From: Haliotis rubra
Taxonomy: Eukaryota
DNA: 64,000 bases
Assembly (NCBI RefSeq): GCF_003918875.1
Contig: NW_025765054.1
Coordinates: 62,001-126,000, forward strand
Reading direction: 5' to 3'
Shown here: positions 63,793 to 64,000 of the stretch, piece by piece
Position numbering within the stretch: the first letter of the stretch is position 1
Layout: each line of letters starts with the position of its first letter
Translations under genes and position numbers: made by a program
The notes under the pieces: model-generated
The model's database searches: none
Told to the model about the DNA's origin: nothing
Seen by the model: only the letters and a program-made list of their open reading frames with translations

Positions 63793-64000
63793 TTAAATTT
63801 GCAATATTTATGCCAAATCATCCCGAAATCGCTTTTGCCGGATATACCAACAATAAACGAAAACAGAATGTAAAGGTCTACCTAAACACCCACTGTTTGT
63901 ATCACTTATTTCAGCACGGCTCCCTTGGGAGCTGCATAAATCGCCTTACACGCGCATGCCGCGTGTCGTTGGACAGCTGGATCCTGGAGCTACACGGAGA

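Overview
AT-rich, repeat-dense animal genomic DNA with spliceosomal GT-AG introns, LINEs, SINEs, Tc1/mariner, hAT, Kolobok-like and Crypton elements, and one 169-N gap. The repeat content suggests a mollusc, most likely abalone (Haliotis); this is inference, not verified. The window is dominated by a head-to-tail array of eight paralogous genes on the minus strand: seven complete and one running off the window start. Each has three coding exons (240-249 nt, 139 nt and ~1.46-1.49 kb) encoding a ~612-623 aa secreted clan GH-A glycoside hydrolase. The motifs (EDPNRSGYPDP, NEP, DxFSFHSY, PxxISEYG, LPPEAT...ETTYYG...GYVxSVAL) match, from memory, bacterial GH86 beta-porphyranase/beta-agarase enzymes. 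Copies 2, 4, 5 and 6 are intact; copies 1, 3 and 7 carry frameshifts or stops. Best interpretation: a bacterial red-algal galactan hydrolase that was horizontally acquired, gained introns and a digestive-tissue-type promoter, and is evolving by birth-and-death with diversified active-site loops. The spacers hold many nested transposons, some datable against empty paralogous sites, plus two candidate ribozyme-like RNA structures.
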